64,000 nt of DNA from contig JABVCE010000019.1 in the NCBI GenBank assembly GCA_014905635.1, forward strand, positions 496,001 to 560,000. Reading direction: 5' to 3'. Below the pieces are notes generated by a model. That model was not told the origin of the DNA, searched no databases, and was given only the letters and a program-made list of their open reading frames with translations. This DNA is from Scenedesmus sp. PABB004 (taxonomy: Eukaryota). Of the stretch, positions 27,708-40,024 are shown one piece after another. Positions within the stretch are counted from its first letter, which is position 1. Each line of letters opens with the position of its first letter. The position numbers and the translations under genes are program-made.

Positions 27708-30700
27708 TCAGCCGCCCAGGCCGCGCGCGACGGGCATGGCGTAGGGCGTGAACGTGCTGCTGTTGCCGGCAGTGCCGATGCCCAGCTGGCCAACATTGTT
27801 CCGCCCCCAGCACACCACCGTGCCGGTGTTGCGCAGCGCACAGGCGTGGAAGTCGCCGCCGCCGCCCAGCGCGGCCACGTCGGTCAGTGTGCTGCCAGCC
27901 GCGTCAGTCACCACGTACGGCGAGGGGAAGAGCTTGCCGGTCGTCGTGCCGTCGCCGAGCTGGCCAAAGTTGACAGGCGTGCTCGTGGAGTTGACGCCGC
28001 CCCAGCACTGCACGGTGTTGTCGGCGAGGACGGCACACGTGTGAACAAAGCCGGCGCCCATGCTCGCGACGCCGGTCAGCGCCGCGCCGCTGCTGGTGAT
28101 GGGCGTGACAAGTTGCGCCAGGGTCGGCGCGGGCGCAGTGCTTGCAGTCCCGTTGTTGCCGAACTGGCCGTTCACCTTGCCCCCAAAGCAGCGCGGCGTG
28201 GTGTCGGCGAGCATTAGAAAGCAGCAGTGGTTCCGTCCACACGCGATGTCGCGCACGCCGGCGATGGTCGGGCTGATGGCGCCCCAGCACTGCGCCGTGC
28301 CGTTGGACAGCAGCGCGCAGGTGGCCGAGGCAGCGGCCGCGACGCGCACGGCGCCAGAGACGACCGTGGCGACGGCCGGCGTCGCCCTCGGACCAATGGT
28401 TGTGCCGTCCCCGAGCTGGCGAGCGCTGTTCATGCCCCAGCAGCGCACACTGCCGTTGTTGAGCACGGCACAGACGTGGAAAGGCCCGCACGTGATGTCG
28501 ACGACGCCCGACAGCACCCCGCCGCTGGCGTCCGCCCAGACGGTGGCGGGGAAAGTGACGGTGGCACCGAGAGTTGCGTTGTTGCCCACCGCCCCTTGCG
28601 AGTTTGAGCCCCAGCAGCGCGCGGTGCTGTCCGCCATGAGCGCGCATGCGTGACTGCTGCCAACGCACACCTTGGCCACGCCGGTCAGCGGCGTGCCCGC
28701 CGCCGCCTGGACGACAGTCGGTGCTGCGTTGGACGACAAAGGAACAGTGGTGCTCAGTGCCGAGCCTCCCCAGCACCGCACGGTCGTGTCGACCAGCAGC
28801 GCGCAACTGGGAGCCGGTCCCACGGCGAGCGCCAGCACGCGCGGCACCTGCGGCCGGCCGGGCGGCGCGGTGAGAGCGCCGCGGTGCGCGACTTGAGCGC
28901 TGCATGCGTGCGCCCGTGCAGCGCGCGGGCCGCGCGCGCCCTCCACGCACGCAGCAGGTGCTCTGCGCCTCGGCGACGGTGGTGCCGTTGATGCTAGTGC
29001 CAACGCCCACACTGAATGGCCTCAAGGTGGTGCCTGCGTGTGCCGGCCGGTTGGGCACAACAGTGTGCGGGCAAGCTGGGTGCGTGTGGTGCCCGCGCCA
29101 CGCGGCAGCTGGTGGCACACTGCGGCCGCGGCTCAGGCAACCACGCGTGCGCGCACTCACAGGCAACGGGGGTGTTGCTGCCGTCAGTGTTGGTGCAGGT
29201 TGCGCCAGCTGGGTAGGCCTGCGGGCGGGCGCAGTGGTGAATAGCCGGACACCGCGGAAACAACGGGTGGAGCGGCGTACGCGCGCTGGCCGCGTGCCCG
29301 GGCCTGGCCCCTGCACAACGTGCGCCCACCGTGCAGCACGTGGCCTGCGCTTGGCCGGTCGTCTGCCCGGCAATGCTGGCGTTGACCCCCGCGTTGGCCC
29401 AGCCCGTGCCCGTGCCTGTGTGTGCGCAGCAGCAGTAGCACGCGGGCCAGGCCGCGTGCAGGGAGCTGAGCTCACGGGCACGTGGGCACGGCACACAGCT
29501 TACACGCTCCAAGCGCCGCCACCCACAGCTGAGGGAGGCCTGGCCTGCACCGGCGCCGTCGACGTCGATGCACGTGGCGGCAGCGGGGAAAACCTGCGGG
29601 GGCGTGCCTGCTGTGAGATGGCTGGTGGAGAGGCCGCCCAGCAGCAAGCACACGGCGTAGCTGCATGCCACGCTTTGCAGGCGCCGCTTCCACGCCGGCC
29701 GCACGCCTGCGTTGCGAGGCTGGCCCCTCATTGAGTGCGCGTGCGTGCACCCACCGTGCAGCACGTGGCCTGCGCTTGGCTGGTCGTCTGCCCGGCAATG
29801 CTGGCGTTGACCCCCGCGTTGGCCCAGCCCGTGCCCGTGCCTGTGTGTGCGCAGCAGCAGTAGCACGCGGGTCAGGCCGCGTGCAGGGAGCTGAGCTCAC
29901 GGGCACGTGGGCACGGCACACAGCTTACACGCTCCAAGCGCCGCCACCCACAGCTGAGGGAGGCCTGGCCTGCTCCAGCACCGTCGACGTCGATGCACGT
30001 GGCGGCTGCCGGGTACGCCTGCAAGAGGGAGGGAGGGGGCATGGCTGCTGTGGCACGGCTCGCAGCACCACCAGCAGGGCCCCGCCAAGGCTGCTGCCCG
30101 GCCGCGCGCGCCGCTACGGCGGGCTTGAGCCCAGCGCCAGGCCGCCGGCAGCGCACCGTGCAGCACACGGCGTCCGCTGCTGCACGCGTGAGGCCGCTGA
30201 TGTTGGCCGGCGCGTAGAGCGCGTTGGGGAACGCCTGGCTGGTGCCGGAGCAGTTGAACGCCAGCGGGGACGCAGCGCCGGTCGTGTTGCCGCACGTCGT
30301 GCCGGCGGTGTACGCCTGCGTGTGTGGGCAGCGGCATGAGCACACTGGAGCGGCCGCTCGCAGCGCGCGCACGGCTGATATTCAGGGGCCACCGCAACGC
30401 CAGGCGTGCAGCAGCAATGCGCACAAAGAGGTGAGCATCACGCGCACCGTGCAGCAGACCGCCTCTGCCGCCTCGGGGGTGAGGCCGCTGATGTTGGCCG
30501 GCGCGTAGAGCGCATTGGGGAAGGACAGCGCGGAGCTGGCACAGTCGTACACCGATGGGGCCGTCTTTGTGCCATCACACGTGCTGCCGACTGCATACAC
30601 CTGCGCTCGCGGCGGCAGCGGGCGCGTGACGACAAGGCCCGCTAAGCGCGATGTGTGCTTGTCACCATCTGGCAGTGTCGGCACAGGCGTGGGCAGGGCC

Positions 30701-32328
30701 ATGCCGCTGGGGCTGGTGACAGCTCCGGGCGTGGCTGCAGGCGTGGCGCACGTGTGCTGTGGCGGCAGCAGGCGAGCGGACGAACGAGCGTTGAGGTGTG
30801 GGCCGGTTAGGTTAAGGCTTGCGCTGGGGCCATGCGCCGAGGCAGCCCCAGCTCGCACTCACGCAGCATTCGGCGTCGGAGTTGCCAGCAACACCCAGCC
30901 GGCGCACGCCGCTCAGGCAGTTGTAGGTGTCGCAGGTCAGCGTCGGCGTCGGCGTCGGCACCCACCAAACGGGCTCAGGGGCCGGGCTGGGGCTGGGGCT
31001 GGGGCTGGGGCTGGGGCTGGGGCTGGGGCTGGGGCTGGGGCTGGGGCTGGGGCTGGGGCTGGGGCTGGGGCTGGGGCTGGGGCTGGGGCTGGGGCTGGGG
31101 CTGGGGCTGGGGCTGGGGCTGGGGCTGGGGCTGGGGCTGGGGCTGGGGCTGGGGCTTGGACTTGGGTTTGGACTTGGACTTGGGCTTGGGCTTGGACCGG
31201 GACTGGGACTTGGGCTGGGGCTCGGGCTCGGGCTGGCCGCTGCGGGCGGCGCCTCCTCGTCATCCACTGCGGCATAAGCGGAGCGGGCAGCGGCAGCGGG
31301 CGCGCCGCGTGCATGTCAGCGACGCGGCGAGATGGACGCGCGCTGCAGCAGCCAGGGGTGCTGGCGCAGCCATGCCCACGCCCCGCACCGGGAAGGCAGC
31401 CGGCCAGCGACGTCGCGCCGAGCTGAGCGCTCGTGGCGGTACCGGCAGGGCAAGCCAAGCAGGCCGTGGCGTCGGGCAGCCCGCCGGTCGAGTAGGTGTC
31501 GGCGCCGCACTGCGCACAACCGGCGCCGGCAAATCCGGGCGCGCAGGCTGCGAGCACGGGCAAGGTGGGGGGGGGGGCTGTGAGCCACGAGCGGGAGCCG
31601 CAGCGGGGGTGAGCCCCGCTGCGCCGTTGCCGCGCCGCGCAGCCCTGCTCACCGTCGCAGCTGGTGGCGGCGGGGCGCAGGCTGGTGAAGGCGCCACGGC
31701 AGCGCGTGCAGCGCTCGCGGCCGGGCGTGGGGCTGAAGGTCTTGGGCGCACACGGCCGGCACCGCCCCGGCTGCTTGCGGTGAGGGACGAAGCCGGCCTT
31801 GCAGCACAGGCACGTCCGGTTGCGCGGCGCCAGGTTGCGGTCGTTCACGCAGAACTGGCAGGCCGGGGCGCAGGTCGTGGTGGTGATGGAGCGCACGCCC
31901 CGCCCCGCGGCGCCGCAGACGCCGGGGACGGCGGCGGCGGCGGTCCGGCCGCCGCGGGCCCGCCCTGCCGCAACGCGCGTGCGGAGCGCGGGGCGAGCCC
32001 CGGCCGCCGGTGCTGGAGCTCTCCGCCGTCGCCGGCGCCAGCAGCAGCCGGCACAGCGGGCAGCGCGAGCGCCAGCATCACCCCCAGGGATGCCAGGCGG
32101 CGGCGCGGCGCGGCGGCCGCGAGGCGGCTGCGCTCGCCGAAGCCCTGCGAGCAGCGGCCGCCGGTGACGCCGCGCGTGCGCAGCGCTCACCGCTGCGGCG
32201 GGCCGTGGACACCGGGTCGGCCGCGCGCCTGTGCGCGTCCCACGCGGTCGCCGCAACCCGCCGGCGCCCCGCGAGGCCCCGGAACGGCCTGGCCGGCTGC
32301 TCACCTGACTGGGGGCGTGCAACTGCAT
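27708..32328 (-). CDS. Secreted/cell-surface protein: Cys-rich GCC2/3-like region, (SP)n rod, TC...CC repeats, RCC1/BLIP-II propeller
   Basis: Hydrophobic [46 protein letters not shown]; about 40 SP dipeptides; modules ending in CC(T); last exon with repeated H(A/V)CA(L/V)...(R/Q)CWGxN..GQLG motifs. Start codon and some internal exon limits are uncertain. Confidence 0.8.
29325..30006. repeat. Recent internal duplication of about 257 bp (29325-29581 and 29750-30006; exon-intron-exon)
   Basis: Nearly identical copies offset by 425 bp, intron included. Confidence 0.92.
30984..31234 (-). repeat. (AGCCCC)n encoding a Ser-Pro repeat (HRGP-type rod)
   Basis: Long GGGGCT array on + with synonymous variants at one end that keep SP. 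Confidence 0.95.
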
Positions 32329-32888
32329 GCTTGGAGCCGGCTGATCAGGTGCGTGGGCGAGCGCAGGCGCGGAGCGCGCGCCGCGGCCCTGGCGCGGGCG
32401 CTGCGTTGGCCGGTCGCCCGCGGTCGTCGTGATGCGCGTCGCACACTGCCGCGTGTGGCGGGCGCCCGCGTCTCCGCGTGGCTCGCACAGCTGTGGCGCA
32501 CCGGGGTTCGCAGAAAAAAGGGGGGAACCGGGCGCCGCACCTTCCAGGCGACCGCTCGCCGCGCGGCATGGAGCCGGACACGAACGTCCGACGACAGGGT
32601 AGTGTTGCAACCGGCTCGGCGGCGACGATGGGCGCGGCCGCGGTCAGGGTTGTCACCCTGTTCGTGCGCCAATCGTCGCCCCGCGCGCGCCCTAGCGCGG
32701 CTGTCGCAGCACCGAGAGTGGGCGACGAGCGGTGCCGGCGCGTGGCGCTGCCGCCGGGCAGCCGGCGGCAGCGGGCGCTGAGCGCGCGGTCGCCGCGGCG
32801 TGGCGGAGAGTGGGCCCCGCGGCGCCAGCAGCGGCGGCGGCCGGTTACGCTCCGCACGACGCCCGACTCTCGCCGCGCGCCCCGCTCG

Positions 32889-35749
32889 TCAGCTCGCGCG
32901 GCCGTCCGGGTCGCAGCCCAGCGGGAAGTCGGCGCTGTAGGGGCTCGCCACGCACAGCCCCGCGCGCGCCAGCTCGGGCTCCGCGCACAGCGCCGCGCTG
33001 CGCCAGACCGCGCACGGCGACGGCGCGTACGCCGCGGCGTTGCTCATGAGGGTGAGGGCCGCCTCGCCGACCGCGTCCGCGGCCGCGCCGGGCGGGCCCA
33101 GCACGGCGACGCGGAAGGCGTAGTTGCAGTACGACGCGCCCTGAGCAGCGATGGGGGGGGGGGGGGGTGCGGCGGGCGGGCGTGTGGGTGCTCGGGTCGG
33201 GCCGGCGGCGCGCGGGCGGGGTGCTCGGGCTGGGCAGGCGCGCGGCCCGGGCAGGCGCGCGGGCGCGGGCGCGGCGCGCGGGCGGCGGTGCGGCGCGCCG
33301 CACCTTGGGCTGCCACGCGCGGTCCGGGACGGTGCGGGCGGTGTAGGCCTTGCCGTCGCGCAGCGTGTCGAGCTGCAGGCGCCACCACGCGTCCAGCGCG
33401 GCCGCGAGCCGCGCCGGCGGCGCGGCGCCGCCGGCGCACGCGTCGCCCGGGTTGGAGAACACCGCGGCAAAGCTCGCGCCCGCGCCGGCGCACTGCGCGA
33501 CGGGCGCGCCGGCAGCAAACGCCGCCGACGCGCACAGCGCCGCGCCGCCGCCCGCGCCGGGGAGTTCGGCGCAGAACGCCGGCGGCGCGCCGCCGCCCGG
33601 CGCGCTGCACGGCGCGCCCTGCGCCGCGTTGAGCGCCGCGGCCGCAAACGCCGCCGCGCCGTGCACGTCGGTCTGCGCGCCCGGCGCGACCGTGGCGGGG
33701 ACCTGGTAATATGCATTACCCTGCGCGGCGCACGCGGGGCGGAGGCAGCGGTCAGCGGGGCCGAGCGCGCCGGGCGGGCCGGCGGCCGCACACGGCGCGG
33801 CGCGGGACCCCGCGGCCGACGGCCGGCGGCCGGCGCAGGCGCGGCGCGGCGCGCACCTGTCCGCGTGCGCAGCGCATGCCGGTGGTGCCCCAGGCGGGGA
33901 GGGCCACCGCATAGCCGGGCAGCAGCGCGGCCAGCTGCGCCTGCAGGCTGGCGGCGCCGTCGGCGCTCAGGCTGGCGTTCGCGCTGCAGGCCGCGCCCGG
34001 CGCGGCGAGCGAGAGCGCCATCGTCCACGGCGCCGGCGCGGCCGCGGCCGCGGTCGCGCAGCGCAGCCCGCCGTCCGGCGGCGGCGCGGCGGCGCAGAAG
34101 CCGGTCGGCCGCGCGGCGCCGCCGCAGAAGCCCGGCGCCGGCGCGCCCGGCGGCACGCTCGAGCAGAACGCCGCGCCACTCGCGCTGACGCTCGCCGCCA
34201 GGTACGCCGCGGCGCCGGGGCCGTCCCAGCGCGCGCCGCTCGGCCCCTGCACGCGCAGCACGCATGCGTACGTCGGCACGCCCTGCGGGCGGCGCGGGCG
34301 CGGGACGGCAGGCGGGAGGGCGGCGGCGGCCGGGGTGAGGGACGAGGGACGGTCAAGAGGGGCGCTGCGCAGCCCGGCGCGCCGGTGGGAGGAGAGAGCC
34401 TCCCAGGGTGAAAAGATGGGGAGAAGAAGGGTGGGCGGGGGAGGGTGGGCGGAAGGGGGGGGGGGTCAGGGCGCCGCGCCGCGCACCTCGCCGCTGAGGC
34501 TGCAGGGGCACGCGCCGTCCGGCGCGTCCAGCGCCGCGGTGAAGGTGCCGAGGCCGAGCAGCTGCAGCTGCTCGGTCAGGTAGGCCGCCGCCGCCGCCGC
34601 CGCGCCCAGCGCCAGCGTGCCGCAGGCGGCCTCGCCGCGTGCAAAGAGGCTGAGGGCCAGCGCCCCGGGCGTGCCCGGCGCGGGGCTCGGCGACGCGCGC
34701 GGGCGCGGGCTGGGGCTCGGGCTCGGGCTGGGGCTGCGCCGCGGCGACGGCGACGCCGCGGGCCGCGGCGACGGCGACGGCGACGGCCGCGGCGACGGGC
34801 TGCGGGCGGGCGGGCGGGCGGGGCGGGGCGGGGCGGCGTGAGCGGGCGCGCGCGTCCGCGCCGCGTGCCAGCTGCTCGCGGCCGGGCGCCGCTCACCTGC
34901 GCGGCCTCGGGCTGGGACTGGGTGACGGCGACCGCTCGGCCGCCCTGACCCAGCACGCGTCGCGGACCGCCGCGAGCGCGCCGGCCGCGGGCCCCGCGGC
35001 CGCGCAGCTCGCGCGCAGCCCCGCGAGCACGAGGCGCGCGCCCGGCGCGTCGTAGGTGCGCGCGCGGGGCGTGTTATTCGCGCCGCCGCCGGCGGCGCCG
35101 TTGCCGTTATTGTTGTCCCCCCGCCGCCGGGCGCGGGCGAGGGGGCGGGGCCGAGGCGGTCCATGCCATTGAGAAAGTCAACCACGCCGCCGCCGCCGCC
35201 GGCGGGCGGGCCGTGGCCCGGCGCCGCGTCCAGGAAGTCGAGGCTGCTGCCCGCGCCCGCGCGCGCGCCGGCGCCGGCGGCGGGGCGGCGGTAGCGCAGC
35301 AGCGCCGCGCTGCCGTCGTCGGCCGTCCACACGACCGCGGCCGCGGCGGGCGTGGCCGCGGCGGCTGCCGCGGCGTCCGACCCGGCGCGGCGGCGCGGCG
35401 CGCGGCAGGCCTGGGTGCGGCCGCCGGGCAGGCTGAACTCGAGCGCCGTCACCGCGGCGCCGACGCTGCGCACGGTCAGCCGGCTCACGCCCGTGCCGGG
35501 CCCGAAGGTGAGCGTGGTCCCGGGTCTCCCGGCGGCGGCGCACAGGGCCCGCCCGCCGCTGCGGGGGTCGCTCCGCAGCGCGAAGCGCAGGCCGACGATG
35601 GCCGTGCGCTGCGCGTTGTAGAAGCACTCCAGCGACGCCAGCTCCGACCCGCACACGCTCGGCACCGGCTCGGGCGCGCCAGGGCGCGGCCCGGCCAGCG
35701 CCAGCAGCGCCAGCGCGAGGCCCAGGCGCGCGGCCGCGCTGCTGCGCAT
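32889..35749 (-). CDS. Secreted protein: possible jacalin-like N-domain, SP-rich linker, Cys-rich C-domain; one apparent -1 frameshift near 35120
   Basis: Signal peptide MRSSAAARLGLALALLALAG; AIVGLRF, VTALEF, LVLAGLRASC; SPSPRPSPSP linker; Cys-rich exons ending CDPDGRAS-stop. Confidence 0.65.
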
Positions 35750-36594
35750 GCCGCCGGCGCGCCGGGCGCCGCCGCCAGGTCAGAGAGCGTCTTGTGAAAA
35801 CATGCGGAGCTCGCCGCCCGCCGCCGCGGGCCGCCGCGGGGGTCGCTCTCTCGCAGAGAGGGGTGGGCCGCGCCGTACTGGGGAGGCCGCGGCTCGTTGT
35901 GGCGTGCCAGGAAGATTGCGTGGAGAGCGAGGAGACTAGTCGCGGCCGCGGCGGGCCGGGAGGGAGCCCGGCGCTCCGGGCGGTCGGCGACCCGCCGGGC
36001 AGGAAGGGGCGGACCGCGGCTTCTCATTCATCGCCGTCACCCGCGGGCCTCGCCGGACACCCGGGCTTCACGCGACGGAGCCCCAGCCGCGGCGCCGCCC
36101 CTCGGCGGCGCCGCCGGCTTCTGTGACGCCGCCGCCGCTGCTGCGGCGCCCCGCGCGTCGCCGGAGCCGCTCTCGCTGCAGCTGCTCAGTCCTCGGCCCC
36201 GGGCTGGAGCAGACGAGCCACGGGCGGGACCGGCGCGCAGCGGGGCGCAGCGGGCGGGCGGCGCCTGCGCGGCCGCGCGGCGCAGCGTGGCACCGCATGC
36301 GGCGCGCCAGCGGCGGCGCCGAGGGGCGGCGGCGCCGAGGGCCTTCTCGGGACGTCTCGTGTGGATGCGGTGCAGTCGCGTGTGGGGTGTTCGGCGTCGC
36401 CCACCGCTCGGCAGAACAGCGCCGCCTGCGCGGCTGCCGCGTCTGCTGCTGCGGCGCGGCGCCGCGCCGCCACGGGCGCCCGAACGGTGCCACGACACTT
36501 TTCGGGCGCTCCGCACGACCCCCCGCCTCGAGGCGCGGCGACAGGCGGCCGTCAAAGCTTTGCGCCGCGCCGCAGCGCCGGCAGGGCCCGCCAA

Positions 36595-38194
36595 ATGGCC
36601 GCCAGACGGGGCGAGGAGCAGGAGGAGAGCATATACAACCTGCGCCCGCGGCCGCAGCTCGCGGCGCCGCGGCCGCCCATGCACCGCAGCGCGGTGCGGC
36701 GGCGCGCCGCGCGGCCGCCGCGCGCCGCGCGCCGCGGGCCGGGCGCCGCGACCCGCCCCGCCCCTCGCAGCACCCCGGAGAGGTCGACCCTGCGGCGCTG
36801 GGCGGCCCGCGGCCGCGCGCGGCGGCGACGTTTGGCAGGCCGCCCGGGGGCAACGCTGAGCACCCCGACGCGTTCCTGCGCAGCCATGCAAAGGAGCCGC
36901 TGCTGCCCGAGCGTGAGCCGGGCGCGCCGCCGGGCGCTTGGAGGGCTGCGCAGGCAGAGCGGGAGAGGCCGCGGCGGGGGCGTCTGCGCGCGGCGCGCGC
37001 GCGCCGAGACGGCGTGCGCCGCGCCCCGCGCGCGCAGCCGCGGCGCCCGCCGTGCGCAAGCCCAAGGTCAAGCCGCCGGTCCCGGGCCGCGCCGAGGCGC
37101 CGCTGATGGGCCTGGCGAGCAACAAAAACTACGTGACCTCCAACGCCGGTGCGCGGCGGCGCCGGCGCGCGTGCGCACGCGCACGTGGGCGGGCGGGCGA
37201 GCCCTCGGGGGATGCCGTGCAACGGCACTGATATCACGCACACGCACGCCGCGCAGTCGAGGCCATCCTCGCATCGCCCAAGCGGCGTCCGCAGGAGGCC
37301 GCGCGCTACGCCGAGCGCGCCGGCTTTGGCAAGGCGCGCGGCGCCGCAAGCCGGCTTGCCGCGCGCGCACGCGCCTCAGCCGCACGCCGCGCTGCGACCA
37401 GCTGGTCCTGCAGGGCGGCGCGGCGCGGGCCCCGCAAAGCAGCCGCCGCCCGCGCGCGACGGCTGCCTGCGGCGCCGCCGCAGGTCCCGGCGTACCTGCG
37501 GCGCAACCGCGCTGCGGTGGCCGCGGAGCAGCAGGCGCTGGAGGCGTACATGCGCCTGCACGAGCAGCCGGTGCGCCGCCGCGCGCGTGGCGGCGGTGCC
37601 CGCGAGCGGCCGCGTGCGTCAGCCGGGCAGCCGCGTGCCACGCGCATGCGCGTATGCGCACCAGCCCGGGGCCGCCGCACGGCGCACGCCGCGCCGCCGC
37701 CCGCGCGGCGCCGCCCGAGCCGCCCGCCGCTCCCACGCGCGCGCGCCGCGTGCCCAGGCGGGCCAGCCCGCGGCGGTGCCGATGTCCGAGGAGGAGCGCG
37801 GTGAGCTGCTGCGCCACCTGAAGATGAAGTGGGCGGCGGTCAACGCAGGTGCGCCGGCCGGCGCAGGGGGGCCAGCCGGCTGCCGCGCCGCGGGCTGCCT
37901 CGCCGCACCCCCGCGCCCGTGACAGCCGCTGGTCGCCAGCCGCCCGCGCGCCGCGCCTCGTGTGCCGCCCGTGCCCGCGCCGCTCCGACGACGGCTCGCC
38001 CGTGCCTGCTGCGCTCCCCCCTGAACCCCGCCCGCCGCTCAGAGTACCAGAAGCTGGGCTTTGTCATGGACATCGGCTCCAAGGTGCGCCGCCACGAGGC
38101 CATGGAGGCGGCGCTGGCGGAGATTGAGGCCGACATCGCCACGCTCGGCCGCGGCGACGTCGTGCTGGTGGTCCCCGGCGGCGGCGATGAGTAG
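36595..38194 (+). CDS. ENKUR: Enkurin (FAP106/CFAP106-like) ciliary protein
   Basis: EESIYNL, FLRSHAKEP, KPPVP, KNYVTSNAVEAI, FGKVPAYL, MSEEERGELLRHLKMKWAAVNAEYQKL, LAEIEADIATL. Confidence 0.9.
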
Positions 38195-38782
38195 CGCGCG
38201 CGGAGGCTGGAGCTCAGCGCAGCTTGAGCCGAGCTCGCGGGCTGGGCCGGCGGGCGGGCGGGCGGGCCGAGCGCGGCGCGGGTCGCGGCGGCGGCGTGCA
38301 CACGGCGGAGTGCGGGCAATGCGTGAGGCGGGTCTGTTGCCAGCGCGCAGCCGTGGTCCGTGTACTAAGGACGCAGCACCGTCGCAGCCCCCCGCCGCCA
38401 GCAATCACGCGCGGCGCCCCGCACGCCCCGCACTCGAGAGGACGGCCCGGCCGCGCGCGCCCGCACGTGCTCGCGGCGCCTGCGCCGGCCGGGGAGCGCG
38501 CGCCGCGCGCGAGCTGCCCGCCGCTCGCGCGCGCACGTGCGCGCCGCACACATGCAGGGAGGTCCAGCCTACAACGCTAAAATCCCGCCGCCCCGCTGCT
38601 GCTGCAGCTGCAGCGCCCCGCCCGCCCTGTCCCCCCCCCCCCCCGGGGCCCGCCCGCCCGCCCGCCCGCCCGCCTGCTCCGCCGCCCCGCGGGCGCGCGC
38701 GCGGCAGCCGCTGCTGCCGCGCCGCGCGCCCGTGGCGGCGCGCCCTCCAGCCCGCCGCGGCCGCTGCGGGCCCGCCCCCGCG

Positions 38783-39643
38783 TCAGTGGCCGGCGCCCTC
38801 GCGGCCAAAGTCCATCACGATCTTGATCTGCGCGGCGCGCGCGCAGGGCGCGCGTGCGCGCGGCAGCGCGGGGTGTGCCTGCAGCGCCGCCGGCGGTGGC
38901 GCTGCGGGGCGGCGCCGCAGCCGCTGCGCGTGCTGCCGCGACATGCGGTCGCCGCCCCCGCCGGCGCACCGCACCTGCTCCGGCATGGGCGGGTTTCGGC
39001 TGAACGCGGTGCCGCCCACGTAGTAGGGCGCTGGGGGCGCGGGGCGGCGCGGCGGGCGGGTGAGGCGCCCGCCCGCGCACCGCAGCGCGACCGGCGCCGT
39101 GCCGCCTGGCGTGCGGCTGCTGGCCGCGCCGTGTGCGCGGCCGCGGCGCGCGGCGCGCGGCACGCACGGACAAACGGGTCTGGGTGCTTCCACTCCGCCA
39201 GCAGCTGCTCGCCGTGCGTGAGCATGCGCTCCGCAGCCTCGCGGTTGTCCTGCGCGCGCGCGCGCACGGGTGCGGGCTCGTCGGCGGCGCCGGCAGCGGC
39301 CGCGGCGGCGGCAGCAGCAGCAGCAGCGCCCCGCCGCGCCGGCGCGGCGGCGCCCCGCCCGCGCCGGGGCTTTGCGTGCTCCTGGGGACCCCCGGGGCAC
39401 GCCCGCCGCTCACAATGTTCCGGTTTGCCTCGAACTCTGCCCGGATCGCCCGCGCCTGCGCCGGCGCAGCGGGGGCGTGGGCGGCGCCGCGGCGCGCGGG
39501 GCGTGGCTACCAGGGCGCGGGCGGGCCGGGGCACTCACCCGCGCATACCACTGCTGCCTGCTGCCGCTCCAGTCAAGGCAGGTCTTCAGCGCGCGGCGGT
39601 AGAGCTGCATCGCCCGCGTGCGGTGCGGGCTGAACGCAAACAT
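38783..39643 (-). CDS. NDUFB9: Complex I subunit NDUFB9 (B22), LYR family
   Basis: QLYRRALKTCLDW, AIRAEFEANRN, WKHPDPF, PYYVGGTAFSRNPP. Confidence 0.93.
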
Positions 39644-40024
39644 GGCGTCCGCGCCCGCCGGGGCCTGAGACGGGGGCGCCCGCGCGGGGCTGGCGGCAGC
39701 GCTGCCCTCGTGCACGGCTCTCCGCGCCTGCGCCGGCCTGCCTGTGGCTGCTCTGGCGGCGATCGCGGTGTGGCCGGGGACGGCGGTGAGCGCTGCTGGG
39801 CGGCCAGGGCCCTGGAGACCCGGCGCTGCGCCGCCGCCGTTGCGCCGCCCGGCGCGCGAATTGTGCCGCGTCGCCTTCCCTGCCACCCCTGAGCCGACAG
39901 AGCGCGCCCGCCCGCGTGCCCGCTGCCTCCGAGCATCACCAGCCGCAGCCGGCCGCCGCGCCGCGGCCAACGCCGCGCAGCAGCGTGCACACGCGCCGCG
40001 CAGGCCGCGAGCGCAGCCCGCGGC

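Noticed and set aside
30832..31277. (GW)n, (GL)n and (GA)n ORFs on the plus strand
   Set aside because: Antisense readings of the (SP)n coding repeat.
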